64,000 bases of DNA, taken from NCBI GenBank assembly GCA_944389585.1, contig CALXMW010000007.1:11372-75371 (forward strand), given 5' to 3'. This document shows, one piece after another, positions 35,956 through 46,467 of this stretch (within the stretch, counting starts at the first letter, position 1; every line of letters starts with the position of its first letter). Made by a program: the position numbers and the translations under genes. Under the pieces are notes generated by a model. That model was not told the origin of the DNA, did not search any database, and saw only the letters and a program-made list of their open reading frames with translations. The stretch is from an uncultured Kiritimatiellota bacterium (GTDB lineage: Bacteria; Verrucomicrobiota; Kiritimatiellia; RFP12; DVOR01).

Positions 35956-36940
35956 CCTGGCGGAGGCCGAGGGTCGCGAGGTCGGCGCGGAGGGCGTCGA
36001 TGGCGTCGGCCTGGGGGGCGACGACGCAGATTTTCCCCGGGTAGATCTGGTAATCCGCGCGGTAGGCCGCCGGCGTCAGGTTCGGCATGAAGACGTTGGC
36101 GCCGCTGGAGAGCCCGCGCAGGCGCCCGTTCGCCGGGTCGAGCGTCGAGAGCGCGGTGGTCGAGGGGATGTTCGCGTGGGGCAGGAGGAGGCGCGCCAGC
36201 GCGTAGCACCGGCACGTGAAGTCCACGTCCACGGGCACCCCGCTCGGCGTCTTGTCCCGCCCCAACGGCGTGCCGGGGTGGGCCAGGTAAGGCCCCAGCC
36301 CCACCATGTCCGCGTTCAGCTCCCGGAGCGTGAGCAGGTCGTCCGCCACCGATTCAAGCGTCTGCCCCGGCAGGCCCAGCATCATCCCGCCGCCGATCGC
36401 GTAGCCCTGCGCCTTCATCCGGCGCAGCTGGGCCAGGCGCGGGTGCTCGCCGCCCACGGGCGCGCCGGGGTGGATGCGCGCGAAGAGGGCGCGGTCGGTG
36501 GTCTCGAAACGCAGGAGGTAACGCGCCGCCCCCGCCTCGCGCCACGCCGCCGTGTCGGCCTCCGTGCGCTCGCCCAACGAGAGGGTGACGTGCTGGCCCG
36601 TCTCGCCCCGCACGCGCCGCACCAGCTCGGCCACGCGCCGGCGCGTCCACAGCGCCGGGCATTCGCCGGCCTGCAGCACCACGGTGCCGAAGCCCAGCTC
36701 CCGCGCCAGGCGCGCGCAGGCGACGACCTCGTCGTCGCGCATGGCGTAGCGGTGCGCCGCCGCGTTGGAGCGGCGCATCCCGCAATAGAGGCAGTCGCGG
36801 TCGCAGACGCTGGAAAGCTCGATCAGGCCGCGGAAGAAGACGCCGTCGCCCTTCGTCTCGGCGCGGACCGCCCGGGCTTGGGCGAAGAGCGCCTCGCCCT
36901 CCGGCGCGCGGAGCGCCGCCAAGATTTCCGCCTTGTCCAT
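35945..36940 (-). CDS. hydE: [FeFe]-hydrogenase maturase HydE-like radical SAM protein
   Basis: RGLIE..CDRDCLYCG, YLLRFET, GANVFMPN and YQIYPGK motifs. Confidence 0.85.
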   Translation of the reverse strand: MDKAEILAALRAPEGEALFAQARAVRAETKGDGVFFRGLIELSSVCDRDCLYCGMRRSNAAAHRYAMRDDEVVACARLARELGFGTVVLQAGECPALWTRRRVAELVRRVRGETGQHVTLSLGERTEADTAAWREAGAARYLLRFETTDRALFARIHPGAPVGGEHPRLAQLRRMKAQGYAIGGGMMLGLPGQTLESVADDLLTLRELNADMVGLGPYLAHPGTPLGRDKTPSGVPVDVDFTCRCYALARLLLPHANIPSTTALSTLDPANGRLRGLSSGANVFMPNLTPAAYRADYQIYPGKICVVAPQADAIDALRADLATLGLRQVTG

Positions 36941-36951
36941 GGCCGGCACGC

Positions 36952-38550
36952 TCACGCCCGCTCCAGGAGGCGGCCGCGGCGCGGGGCGGAGGGGTTGAGC
37001 TGGCCGCCCATGAGGACGGGCGAGCCGTTCACGAGCACCGTGTCCACGCCCGTGGCGAAGCGGTGCGGGTGGGCGTAGTCGGCCGCGTCGCGCCACGCCG
37101 CGGGGTCGATGAGCGCCAGGTCGGCGAAGAACCCTTCCCTCACCAGCCCGCGCCTGGGGATGGCGAAGGCGTGCGCCGGCAGGCCCGTCATGCGGCGGAA
37201 GGCCTCCTCCGGCGGCAACCCGAGGCGCTCGGTGAGCGTGCGGAAGAAGCGCGGGTGCGTGCCGTAGGCGCGCGGGTGCGGCCAATCGCGCCCCAGCGGC
37301 CCCCACGGCGCGCGCAACGAGGCGTCCGAGCCGGGCATCACCCACGGCCGGGCCAGGATCTTGAGCAGGTTGTCCTCGCACATCCCGAAGAAGAAGGCCC
37401 CCGTGCGGCTGCGGTCGGCCCGCAGGATGCGCACCGCCGCCTCGCCGAAGGAACACCCCCACGCCGCCATGACCTCGGCGAGCGTCCGCCCCGAGAGGGG
37501 GCGCGTCTCGGGCGCCCACGTGCCGCCGACCATCACCTCGCGCGGGTCGCGCCCCGAGGCGTCGAGCGCGGCGGCGATGCGCCGTGCGTCGGCCGGGTCA
37601 TCCAGATGGGCGAGGATGGCCGCGTTGCCGCCCGCCGCCGCCCAGTCGGGCAAGACGATGTCCAGATCCGTCCCCGCCGAAAGGTAGGGGTAGCGGTCGG
37701 AATGGAGCCACAGACCCTCGGCGCGCGCGGCCTCGATCTTGCCGATGGCCGCCTCGGCCTTGCGCCAGTTGGCGCGGCCCGAGGTCTTGAGGTGGGAGAT
37801 TTGGGCGTGGATGCCCGTGGCGCGGACGAGCGCGAGCACCTCGTCGATGGCCTCCAGGAGGCGGTCGCCCTCGCTGCGCATATGCGTGGCGTACATCCCC
37901 CCGCGCCTGGCGCACGCCCCGGCCAGGGCCAGCACCTCCCCCGGCGCGCTGTGGACGCCCGGGTGGTAGACCAGCCCCGTCGTCAGCCCCCAGGCTCCCT
38001 CGTCGAGCGCCTGCTCCAGCACGCGGGCCATCTGGGCGACCTCGTCGGCCGTCGCCGGGCGCGGCGCGTCGCCCATCACGCCCTTTCGGATGGTGTTGTG
38101 GCCCGCGAAGAGGATCAGGTTCGTCGCCGGCCGGGCCGCCTCGAGGCAGACGCGGTAATCGGCCACCGTGCCCCAATTCGGCCCCGGCCCCGCGTGGCCC
38201 GGGCGCGGCGGATAGGTCTGCGCCTCCCAATCCGAGGGCAGGCGCGCCCCGTTCAGGCGCGGCGCTGCGCTGCCGCCGCACTGCCCGCCGATTTCCGTGG
38301 TCACGCCCTGGGCCAACTTGCTGGGGCACATCGGCTCCAAGAGCAGGAAGGCGTCCGAGTGGGTGTGCGCGTCGATGAGCCCCGGCGTCAGCCACAGGCC
38401 CCGCGCGTCGCGGCGCTCCCGCGCCTCCGCCTGTGCCAGGTCGCCGACGGCCGCGATTGTCTCCCCCCGCACGCCCACGTCCGCCGTGAAGGGTTTGGCG
38501 CCCGTGCCGTCGAAGACCGTCGCCCCGCAAAACAGAAAGTCAAAGTCCAT
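36952..38550 (-). CDS. N-acyl-D-amino-acid deacylase
   Basis: PGLIDAHTHSD, GQCG, HMRSEG, SHLK and HPRAYG motifs. Confidence 0.9.
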   Translation of the reverse strand: MDFDFLFCGATVFDGTGAKPFTADVGVRGETIAAVGDLAQAEARERRDARGLWLTPGLIDAHTHSDAFLLLEPMCPSKLAQGVTTEIGGQCGGSAAPRLNGARLPSDWEAQTYPPRPGHAGPGPNWGTVADYRVCLEAARPATNLILFAGHNTIRKGVMGDAPRPATADEVAQMARVLEQALDEGAWGLTTGLVYHPGVHSAPGEVLALAGACARRGGMYATHMRSEGDRLLEAIDEVLALVRATGIHAQISHLKTSGRANWRKAEAAIGKIEAARAEGLWLHSDRYPYLSAGTDLDIVLPDWAAAGGNAAILAHLDDPADARRIAAALDASGRDPREVMVGGTWAPETRPLSGRTLAEVMAAWGCSFGEAAVRILRADRSRTGAFFFGMCEDNLLKILARPWVMPGSDASLRAPWGPLGRDWPHPRAYGTHPRFFRTLTERLGLPPEEAFRRMTGLPAHAFAIPRRGLVREGFFADLALIDPAAWRDAADYAHPHRFATGVDTVLVNGSPVLMGGQLNPSAPRRGRLLERA

Positions 38551-38589
38551 GCCCTTATTGTACCACTTCCGGTCGTTTCGCCCCGGCGC

Positions 38590-38628
38590 GAAAAAGGCCC
38601 CCGGCGTTCTCCGCCGGGGGCCTTTTTT
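38590..38628. terminator. Intrinsic terminator
   Basis: AAAAAGGCCCCCGGCG...CGCCGGGGGCCTTTTTT. Confidence 0.8.
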
Positions 38629-38644
38629 GTGGGTTGCCGAGGGC

Positions 38645-39304
38645 TTAGGCCACGCGGCGGCGGAGGGCCACGCCGGCCACGCCGAGGGCGAGCAGCGCCA
38701 GGGCGGTGGGCTCGGGCACCACGGCCACGCCGGTCTTCACCGTCAGGTCGCTGAAGACGACGTCGCCGGTGTCCGTGTTGGAGCCGTTCGCGAGCGGCGC
38801 GTTGCCGGAGCTGTCCCGCTGGCCCCAGTTGATCACGGGGTTGCCGTCCGGGATGGTGGTGGTCGTGGCGATCAGCGTGTCGTTGACGTAGAGCGCCAGC
38901 ATCTCCCCGTTGCAGGAGAGCGTGAGCTCATAGGTCTTGCCGGCCTGGAGCTTGGCGGCGCCGATGGCCGTCACGGTCCCGGCGAGCTTGCCGGGAACGA
39001 TGTTGCCGTTGGCGTCCGCGGAGCTGTTGTACATGTCCGCCATCAGGTAGCTGGAGTCATCGATGCCGAAGATGCCGGGATAGCGCTGGTTGGAGCCTGC
39101 CGGGTATTGGTCGAGCGAGAAGTTCTCGCCGAGCGTGAGGGTGACCTTGGCGGACCATGCCGTCGCGCCGTTCAGGGCCAGCGTGTGCGAGCCCTTGGAG
39201 GCGTTGGTCTCCACGCTCGTGGCGCCCGACCAGTCGATGTTCAAGGCCTGGGCGGCGCCGAGGGCCAGGGCGGCGCAGGCCGCGGTGAGGAGTGTGCGTT
39301 TCAT
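38645..39304 (-). CDS. PEP-CTERM surface protein
   Basis: Signal peptide MKRTLLTAACAALALGAAQA and VPEPTALALLALGVAGVALRRRVA tail. Confidence 0.9.
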   Translation of the reverse strand: MKRTLLTAACAALALGAAQALNIDWSGATSVETNASKGSHTLALNGATAWSAKVTLTLGENFSLDQYPAGSNQRYPGIFGIDDSSYLMADMYNSSADANGNIVPGKLAGTVTAIGAAKLQAGKTYELTLSCNGEMLALYVNDTLIATTTTIPDGNPVINWGQRDSSGNAPLANGSNTDTGDVVFSDLTVKTGVAVVPEPTALALLALGVAGVALRRRVA

Positions 39305-39380
39305 GTGGGTGTGGGGCTCCTTTCGCCCCGTTGCGGAATCGGAAGCGGCCTGGGACGAGAAGGCCCCTTTCGATGTCACT

Positions 39381-39481
39381 TACGAGGCCTTAGGAATGCC
39401 CTACCAAGAACAACGAAAGGGGCAAATGCAGGTGCATTTGCTCACTTCGCGGACGCTTGGTGAAAGTTCCTAAGTGTCGTA
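39381..39481 (-). ncRNA. Candidate structured leader / rod-shaped RNA
   Basis: Five nested complementary blocks, with a TGcTATTCC -10-like box at ~39544-39552. Confidence 0.4.
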
Positions 39482-39740
39482 GGTCGTCCGCGTTGTGTCG
39501 CCACAACGCTTGGGTGTGCCGGCTCATCCCGGGACGTATCAATGGAATAGCACAACGCGGCGGGGGGCGGCCACCTTTTTTTGCCCGTCGGTTTGGCGGG
39601 GGCTTCCGGGAAAGGCCGCGCCCGGGGTCGTTGTTGGTCTCTGGCGAGGGGCGCCCGCGCAAATCGCGCGTTGCTTCGTGGGTCATGCAGACCCAGTTTG
39701 GCGGCTGTTTATTGATTGGCCGGGGCGGGGGTGGGCGGGG

Positions 39741-42077
39741 TTATTCGGCGCGGGCGTCTTCGATGCGTTTGTCGATGAGGCGGCGGACGAGGCCGCGCGC
39801 GGCGGGTTTGCCGATGGCGTAGAGGTCGGCGGCGTGGCGGCGGCAGGCGCGGGCGAAGGGGGTGTCTTTGCGGGCGTCGGCGTAGTCCCACCAGCGGTCG
39901 GCGAGGTCGAGGGCGGCTTCGGCGCTGGGGGGGCTGTCCATGGCTTCGTCGGCGGCGAGCGCGGCGAGGGTTTTGTCGTCGCAGACGGCGAGGGCGCCGA
40001 GGGTTTCGTCGTCCCATTGCCCCAGTTGGGCGAGGGTCTCGCCGTAGAGGCGGGTGGCCTTGGGGTCGCCGTCGGCGGCGGCTTCGCGGAGGGAGGCGAG
40101 CTTGGCCTGGGCGGCGCGGGCCTTGTCGACGTCGGCGAGGGTGCGTTTCCATTCGGCGTGGGTCTTGCCTTTGGCGAGCCACCGGTCGATCTGCGCGGTG
40201 AGGTTCTTGACGGATCGGACGAGCGCGGGGCGGTCGCCCCTGAGGGCGAAGTCGAGGACGAAGCGGGCGTGGGCGATGGCGGCGTCGGGGTCCTTGGCGG
40301 CGGTGTCGCGGAGGGCTTCCTTGAGGATGGCCGCGGCCTCGGCGTCCTTGACGGCGCCGGGGAAGGCGCGCTCGCGCAGGGCCAGGACCCGGAGGGCGGC
40401 GTCTGGGCGGCCTTCCTTGACGAGGGCGTTTTCGGCGCGGGAGAGGAGGGCGAGGCGCGTGGCGTCTCCCTCGGCCTCGGAGACCATCTGGAGGAGGCCC
40501 TTGGCGTCGACTTCCTCGCCGCCGAGGAGCTCGTCGAGGAGGTCGCGGGCTTCGGCCAGGTCGGCGGCGGAGGGGAGTGGCGCGCCGTCGGGGAGGGTGG
40601 GGAGGTCGATGGGCGTGCCGGCGGGGGCGGCCTTTGGGGCGTCTGGGAGGCGGAGGCCGGGGCGGGCGGCGCGGAAGGTGGGCTTGGCGGCGGCGCGGGG
40701 CGCGGCGAGGGGCTGCCTGCCGTCGGTCTTGAGGAGGCCGGCGACGTAGCCGATTTCCTCGGGGGTGAGGGCGCGGCCGAAGATTTTGAGGTCGTCGACG
40801 ACGAAGCCCTGGAGGTCGGCGCCGGGGGTCATGAGTTCCTCTGATCCGCCGTAGAGGGTGCCGAACTGGAGGCCCATGACGTCGAGGCGGCCGTTCGGGA
40901 GGGGCGGGGTGGCGGAGCCTTGGCGTTTGCCGTCGACCCAGAGGGAGAGCTCGCTGCGCTCGTGGCGGATGGCGTAGCAGTGGAAGGCCGAGGAGGCGTC
41001 CGGCAGGCGGACGGCGATGGGGTCGAAGGGGAACTTTTTGGAGTCGGTGCGGAGCACGACGGTGTCGCCCTCGCCGCGTTCCAGGCGGAGGTGGTCGTGC
41101 CAGGGGGAGCCGGTGGCGTTGCCGAGGGCGAGGCAGAGGAGGATGCTGCCGGGGGTGGCGCCGAACTTGCCGACGACGACGAAGGTGGCGGTGTCACCGG
41201 TGGCGAGGGGCTGGGATTCGAGGGCGTCCTTGTGGGTGTAGTAGCGGACGGAGGTGCCTTCGCCGCTCGGGGTGCGGAGGTGCTCGCGGCCGCCTTCCGC
41301 TACGAGACGGTGGCCGTAGAGCCAGTTGGTTCGGCCCGGGCCACCGTCGCCGCAAATCCAGTGGTAGGGCGGCTGGGGGCGCTCCTCGGGCGGGGTGGCG
41401 CGGGTGATGAGGGCGCGGGCGGCGTCCTGGGGGGTGAAGTCCTCGGAGAGGGGCTCGTCGTAGAGGGCGACGCGGCTGATGGCGGCGCCTTCGCCCTCGA
41501 GGACGAGGGAGGCCAGGCAGTTTTGGAGGATGTTGGTCAGCTGGCAGTGGTAGGCCTGCCCGTCGACCACGATGACGCAGGGGGTTGTCCTAGGGGTGCC
41601 GCCGGTCGGGAACTTGGGGAAGGAGAGGGCCACGTGGACCCACTTGCCCACGAGGTCGGCGGGGAAGGGGACGATGGCGGTGGTGCCGGCGCCGTGGCGG
41701 TTGAGGATGAGCCTGTAGCCGCCGCCTTTGTCGGGATCCAGCCACAGGGAGATGGTGTTGTGCTCGTGGTGGCCCGTGCCGGGCATGGCGTTGAAACGGA
41801 CGATGCCCTTGGCTTTGTGGGGACTTTTGGGGACGTAGACCCAGGCCGAGAAGGTCATCCCGGAGAGGCCGTACCAACCGACCCCGCGGGCGCCGCGTCT
41901 GATGGTAGGGGCGACTTCGCGGATTTGGGGATAGTCGTCTGCCGCGAAGTGGACCCGGGAGGTCAGCGGCTCGCGGTCGCCGGGCCAAGTGAAGATGGGC
42001 GTGGGTGCGGCGGCGCGGGCAATCGCGGCGGTGAGGATGCCGAGGCAGAGCAAGGCGAGGGTGCGGGTGGTGCGCAT
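39741..42077 (-). CDS. Exported protein with LamG/ConA-like domains and helical C-terminus
   Basis: Signal peptide, TFSAWV, KWVHVAL and VDDLKIFGRALTPEEI LamG-like motifs. Confidence 0.7.
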   Translation of the reverse strand: MRTTRTLALLCLGILTAAIARAAAPTPIFTWPGDREPLTSRVHFAADDYPQIREVAPTIRRGARGVGWYGLSGMTFSAWVYVPKSPHKAKGIVRFNAMPGTGHHEHNTISLWLDPDKGGGYRLILNRHGAGTTAIVPFPADLVGKWVHVALSFPKFPTGGTPRTTPCVIVVDGQAYHCQLTNILQNCLASLVLEGEGAAISRVALYDEPLSEDFTPQDAARALITRATPPEERPQPPYHWICGDGGPGRTNWLYGHRLVAEGGREHLRTPSGEGTSVRYYTHKDALESQPLATGDTATFVVVGKFGATPGSILLCLALGNATGSPWHDHLRLERGEGDTVVLRTDSKKFPFDPIAVRLPDASSAFHCYAIRHERSELSLWVDGKRQGSATPPLPNGRLDVMGLQFGTLYGGSEELMTPGADLQGFVVDDLKIFGRALTPEEIGYVAGLLKTDGRQPLAAPRAAAKPTFRAARPGLRLPDAPKAAPAGTPIDLPTLPDGAPLPSAADLAEARDLLDELLGGEEVDAKGLLQMVSEAEGDATRLALLSRAENALVKEGRPDAALRVLALRERAFPGAVKDAEAAAILKEALRDTAAKDPDAAIAHARFVLDFALRGDRPALVRSVKNLTAQIDRWLAKGKTHAEWKRTLADVDKARAAQAKLASLREAAADGDPKATRLYGETLAQLGQWDDETLGALAVCDDKTLAALAADEAMDSPPSAEAALDLADRWWDYADARKDTPFARACRRHAADLYAIGKPAARGLVRRLIDKRIEDARAE

Positions 42078-42131
42078 GAGGGAGGCTCCTGCCGGGATCG
42101 GCGCTGGCGGGGTGTGGGGGGCCGGTCGCCC

Positions 42132-44804
42132 TCAGAGGGCGGCGCGGCGGGCGTGGAGGGTGGCGAGCTGGGCTTCGAGCTCGGCTTTGCGGTCGCGTTG
42201 GTTTTGGATGATGGGGGCGGGGGCTTTGGAGACGAAGGCCTGGTTGTTGAGCTTGGCGTTGACGCCGTCGAGGAAGCCTTGGAGTTTGGCGATTTCCTTG
42301 TCGAGCTTGTCGGCTTCGGCCTTGGCGTCGACGAGGCCGTCGAGGGGGAGGTAGGCGGCGCCGGCGCGGAGGAGTTTGGTGGGCATGGGGGCGGCGGGGG
42401 GCGCGTCGACGAGGTCGATGGCTTGCGCGCGGAGAGCGGTTTTGAGGGTGTCGGCGTCGCGGGCGAGACGTTCGCGGAGGGCGTCGGTGGCGGGGTGGAG
42501 GAGGACGCGGACGTTGAGGGCGGGGGGGAGGCCGGCCTCGGCGCGGAGGGCGCGGATGCCGGTGATGAGGTCGCGCTTGGTTTCGACGTAGGCGAGGACG
42601 TCTTCGGTGAGGCCCCAGGCGGCGAGGTGGGCGTCGTCGCAGCCGGTGGGGTAGGGGGCGCGCATGATGGTGGCGTCTTCGGCGCAGTAGCCGAGCTGGT
42701 GCCAGATTTCCTCGGTGACGAAGGGCATGTAGGGGTGGAGGAGGCGGAGGATTTGGCCGTAGACGTGGGCGAGGATGGCGAGGGTTTGGCGGCGGCGGGG
42801 GGCGTCTGGGGCGTTGAGGTCGGCCTTGGCGTATTCGAGGTACCAGTCGCAGAAGTCGGTCCAGGCGAAGTCGTAGATGGCCAGGGCGCCGTCTTGGATG
42901 CGGTATTTGGCGAGCGCGGCGTTGAGCGCGGCGCAGGTGCGGTGGGCCTTGAGGAGGAGGTGGCGGTCGTCGTCGCGCAGGAGGGCGGGGTCGAGGGCGA
43001 GGCCGCCGCCGGCGTGGTCGGCGAAGGAGAAGCCGGGGAGCTTCTCGGCGTTCATCTGCAGGAAGCGGGCGGCGTTCCAGAGTTTGGTGCCGAAGTTGCG
43101 GCCGATCTCGAACTTGCCCATGTCCACCTTGGTGTCGGTTTCCATGGAGGTGATGAGGGCGAGAGAGAAGCGGAGCGCGTCGGCAGAGTACTTCTCGATG
43201 ATTTCGAGCGGGTCGAGGGAGTTGCCGAGGGATTTGGACATTTTGCGGCCTTGGGCGTCTCGGACGATGCCGTGGAGGATGACGTTCTTGAAGGGGGGCT
43301 TGCCCATGAAATGGTAGCCGGCCATCATCATGCGCGCCACCCAGAAGAAGAGGATGTCGGCGGCGGTGATGAGGTCGGCGGTGGGGTAGTAGAAGGCGAG
43401 GTCGGCGGTCTGTTTGGGCCAGCCGAAGACGGTGAAGGGCCAGAGCCAGGAGGAGAACCAGGTGTCGAGGACGTCGGGGTCTTGGTCGATGGCCGCGGCG
43501 CCGCATGTGGGGCAGGCGGCGGGCTTTTCGGGGGCGGCCCATTCGTGGCCGCAGGCGCGGCAGGTGTAGACGGGGATGCGGTGGCCCCACCAGATTTGGC
43601 GGCTGATGCACCAGTCGCGGATGTTCTCCATCCAGTTGAAGAAGACGCTCTCCCAGCGCTTGGGCTGGATGGCGATCTCGCCTTTGCGCACGGCCTCGAT
43701 GGCGGGTTGGGCCAGGGGCTTCATGCGCACGAACCATTGCTTGGAGAGGCGGCTGTCGACGACGGTGTGGCAGCGGTAGCAGTGGCCGACCTGGTTTTGG
43801 TAGGGCTCGACCTTGACGAGGTAGCCGCCTTTCTCGAGGTCTTTGACGATGGCCTCGCGGCAGGCGAAGCGATCCATCCCCTCGTAGCCCGAGAGGGCGT
43901 TCATGGTGCCGTCGCCGTTCATGACGTCGACCTGCGGCAGGCTGTGGCGCTGGCCGACGGCGAAGTCGTTGGCGTCGTGGGCGGGGGTGATCTTCACCAC
44001 GCCGGTGCCGAAGTCCTTCTCCACGTAGTCGTCGAAGACGACGGGGATTTCCTTGCCCACCAACGGGAGGATGACCTTCTTGCCCTTGAGGTGGGCGTAG
44101 CGCGCGTCCGAGGGGTTGACGGCCACGGCGGTGTCGCCGGGGAGGGTCTCGGGGCGGGTGGTGGCCACGGTGACGAACTCGCCCTCGCTCCCCGCCACGG
44201 GATAGCGCACGTACCACAAGTAGCCCTCGTTGGGCTCGTGCTCCACCTCGTCGTCGGCCAGGGCCGTGCCGCAGCGGGGGCACCAGTTGACGATGTAGTT
44301 GCCACGGTAGATGAGCCCCTCGTCGTAGAGGTCGCAGAAGACTTTGGCGACGGCGGCGGAGAGCCCCTCGTCCATGGTGAAGCGCTCGCGCTGCCAGTCG
44401 GTGGAGTTGCCGAGCTTCCGCTGTTGGTGGACGATGGTGCCGCCGTACTGCCGCTTCCACTCCCACACGCGCTCGACGAAGGCCTCGCGGCCGAGGTCTT
44501 GGCGGCGCTTGCCCTCCTTGCGCAGGGCCTTCTCCACCACGTTCTGCGTGGCGATGCCCGCGTGGTCGGTGCCGGGCACCCAGCAGGTGTTGTCGCCGCG
44601 CATACGGTGCCAGCGCACAAGCACGTCCTGGATGGTCTGGTTCAGCGCGTGGCCCATGTGCAGGATGCCCGTGACGTTCGGCGGGGGGATGACCACCGCG
44701 TAGGGCGCGCCCCCGCGGCCGGGCTCGTCATGGAAGCAGCCGTGCTGCTCCCACCAAGGGTACCACTTCGCCTCGACGGCCTTCGGGTCGTAGTTCTTGT
44801 CCAT
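42132..44804 (-). CDS. valS: Valine--tRNA ligase
   Basis: PPPNVTGILHMGH, DWCISRQ, KMSKS and C-terminal coiled coil. Confidence 0.97.
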   Translation of the reverse strand: MDKNYDPKAVEAKWYPWWEQHGCFHDEPGRGGAPYAVVIPPPNVTGILHMGHALNQTIQDVLVRWHRMRGDNTCWVPGTDHAGIATQNVVEKALRKEGKRRQDLGREAFVERVWEWKRQYGGTIVHQQRKLGNSTDWQRERFTMDEGLSAAVAKVFCDLYDEGLIYRGNYIVNWCPRCGTALADDEVEHEPNEGYLWYVRYPVAGSEGEFVTVATTRPETLPGDTAVAVNPSDARYAHLKGKKVILPLVGKEIPVVFDDYVEKDFGTGVVKITPAHDANDFAVGQRHSLPQVDVMNGDGTMNALSGYEGMDRFACREAIVKDLEKGGYLVKVEPYQNQVGHCYRCHTVVDSRLSKQWFVRMKPLAQPAIEAVRKGEIAIQPKRWESVFFNWMENIRDWCISRQIWWGHRIPVYTCRACGHEWAAPEKPAACPTCGAAAIDQDPDVLDTWFSSWLWPFTVFGWPKQTADLAFYYPTADLITAADILFFWVARMMMAGYHFMGKPPFKNVILHGIVRDAQGRKMSKSLGNSLDPLEIIEKYSADALRFSLALITSMETDTKVDMGKFEIGRNFGTKLWNAARFLQMNAEKLPGFSFADHAGGGLALDPALLRDDDRHLLLKAHRTCAALNAALAKYRIQDGALAIYDFAWTDFCDWYLEYAKADLNAPDAPRRRQTLAILAHVYGQILRLLHPYMPFVTEEIWHQLGYCAEDATIMRAPYPTGCDDAHLAAWGLTEDVLAYVETKRDLITGIRALRAEAGLPPALNVRVLLHPATDALRERLARDADTLKTALRAQAIDLVDAPPAAPMPTKLLRAGAAYLPLDGLVDAKAEADKLDKEIAKLQGFLDGVNAKLNNQAFVSKAPAPIIQNQRDRKAELEAQLATLHARRAAL

Positions 44805-44854
44805 CGTCAATCCTCTGAAAATCCGGGGAAGTATACCAAAACGGGCACGGGCGG

Positions 44855-45688
44855 TCAGCGCATGAGCCCCTCGAGCGCGGCGTCGTCGTCTTCCTCGATG
44901 GCCTTTCGGAAGGCGGCCAGGTGCTCGGCGAAGGCGTCGACGGCCTCGAGGAGCGGCCCCCTGTTCTGGCGGAAGATGGGCTGCCACATGGAGATGGGGC
45001 TGTGGGCGATGCGCGTCATCGAGGCCAGGCCGCCCCCGGCGAAGCGGGCGTTCAGGGCCTGGTTGCGCTCGGCCTCCTTGATGGTGCGCGCGAGGGCGTA
45101 GGCCAGCACGTGGGGCATGTGCGAGAGCAGGGCCGCGGTGCGGTCGTGCTCGGGCGCGCTCATCTCCGCCAGCACGGCCCCGACGCGCTCCCACAGCGTG
45201 CGCACCCGGGCCAGGGCCGCCGGGTCGCTCCGCTCGGGGTCGATGATCAGGGTGAAGCGGTTGCGGAAGAGGTTGTCGACGGCCGCGTCGGGGCCGGAGC
45301 GCTCGGTGCCGGCCATGGGGTGGCAGGCCACGTAGCGCGGGCGGTTGGGGTGCGCGGCGACGGCCTCGGCCAGGGCGCGCTTGGTGGAGCCCACGTCGAT
45401 GAAGGTCTGGCCCGGGCGCGCGGCGTCGAGGAGCGCGGGGAGCGTGCGCACGAGCACGTCCACCGGCATGGCCAGTACCATCAGGTCGCACCGCGCCGCG
45501 AGCGCTTCGAGCGTGGGCGCGGCCTCGTCCACCAGCCCCAGCTCGAGGGCGCGCTCGGCGTGCGCGCGCGTGCGGTTCCAGCCCAGGATGCGCCCCGCCA
45601 GGCCGAAGGTGCGCAGGTCTTTGGCGAGCGAGCCGCCGATGAGGCCGATGCCCGCGATGCCGATGGAGTCGAAGAGGGTGTCTGTCAT
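44855..45688 (-). CDS. tyrA: Prephenate dehydrogenase
   Basis: GIGLIGGS, DVGSTK, HPMAGTE and SHMPH motifs. Confidence 0.9.
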   Translation of the reverse strand: MTDTLFDSIGIAGIGLIGGSLAKDLRTFGLAGRILGWNRTRAHAERALELGLVDEAAPTLEALAARCDLMVLAMPVDVLVRTLPALLDAARPGQTFIDVGSTKRALAEAVAAHPNRPRYVACHPMAGTERSGPDAAVDNLFRNRFTLIIDPERSDPAALARVRTLWERVGAVLAEMSAPEHDRTAALLSHMPHVLAYALARTIKEAERNQALNARFAGGGLASMTRIAHSPISMWQPIFRQNRGPLLEAVDAFAEHLAAFRKAIEEDDDAALEGLMR

Positions 45689-46464
45689 GGGGTGGGGTGG
45701 GGGGTGGCGTTGGGGTGGGCGGCGGCCTCGCGGCGGCAGCCGAGGTTCGCCAGGCCGTAGAGCGCGGCGGTCTCGACGCGGAGGATGAGGGGGCCGAGGG
45801 AGACGGGGACGGCGCCGCAGGCGAGGATGGCCCGCAGCTCCTCGGGCGTGAAGTCGCCCTCCGGGCCGCACCACCAGCCCCACTCCTGCCCCGGGCGCGC
45901 GGGGTCGAGCGCCTCGAGCACGGGCGCCAGGGGCCGGGCCTCCGGGGTGAGCGCCGCCACGATGAGGGCGGTGCAGGCGCGCATCAGCGGCGCGGTCTCG
46001 GCGAAGGGGGTGGGGGCGAGCACCTCGGGCACGCGGGCGGCGCCGCATTGGCGCGCGGCGGCCTCGGCGACGCGCAGCCAGCGCTCGCGCTTGGCCGCGG
46101 CCTGGCGCCCTTCGAGGCGGACGACGGTGCGGGCGCTGAGCACGGGCACGATGCGGTCGGCGCCCAGCTCGACGGCCTTCTCGAGCATCCAGTCCATGCG
46201 CTCGCCCTTGGGCACGCAGGCGAAGAGCGTCAGGCGCACGGGGCGCTCGCCTTGGCGGAAGAGGGGTTGCTTGGCCACGAGGGTGAGCGCCTCGGGCGTG
46301 CGCGCGGCGACGTGGTAGAGGCGCGTGGCGCCGGCGCCGTCGAAGGCGCCCACCTCGTCGCCCTCGCGCAGGCGCAGGACGTGGAGGAGGTGGTGGGCGG
46401 CGGGCCCGGTGAGGGTGAGTGTCTCGCGCGCGATGTCCTCGGTCGTGACGTGCTGGCGGTGCAT
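45685..46464 (-). CDS. rsmE: 16S rRNA m3U1498 methyltransferase
   Basis: HLLHVLRL, KAVELG, GPEGDF and LRVETA motifs. Confidence 0.92.
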   Translation of the reverse strand: MHRQHVTTEDIARETLTLTGPAAHHLLHVLRLREGDEVGAFDGAGATRLYHVAARTPEALTLVAKQPLFRQGERPVRLTLFACVPKGERMDWMLEKAVELGADRIVPVLSARTVVRLEGRQAAAKRERWLRVAEAAARQCGAARVPEVLAPTPFAETAPLMRACTALIVAALTPEARPLAPVLEALDPARPGQEWGWWCGPEGDFTPEELRAILACGAVPVSLGPLILRVETAALYGLANLGCRREAAAHPNATPHPTP

Positions 46465-46467
46465 CGG

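Noticed and set aside
35945-36940. Orphan hydE (and pflB without pflA) as novel pathways
   Set aside because: Partner genes are often unlinked, so absence from a 64-kb window is uninformative.
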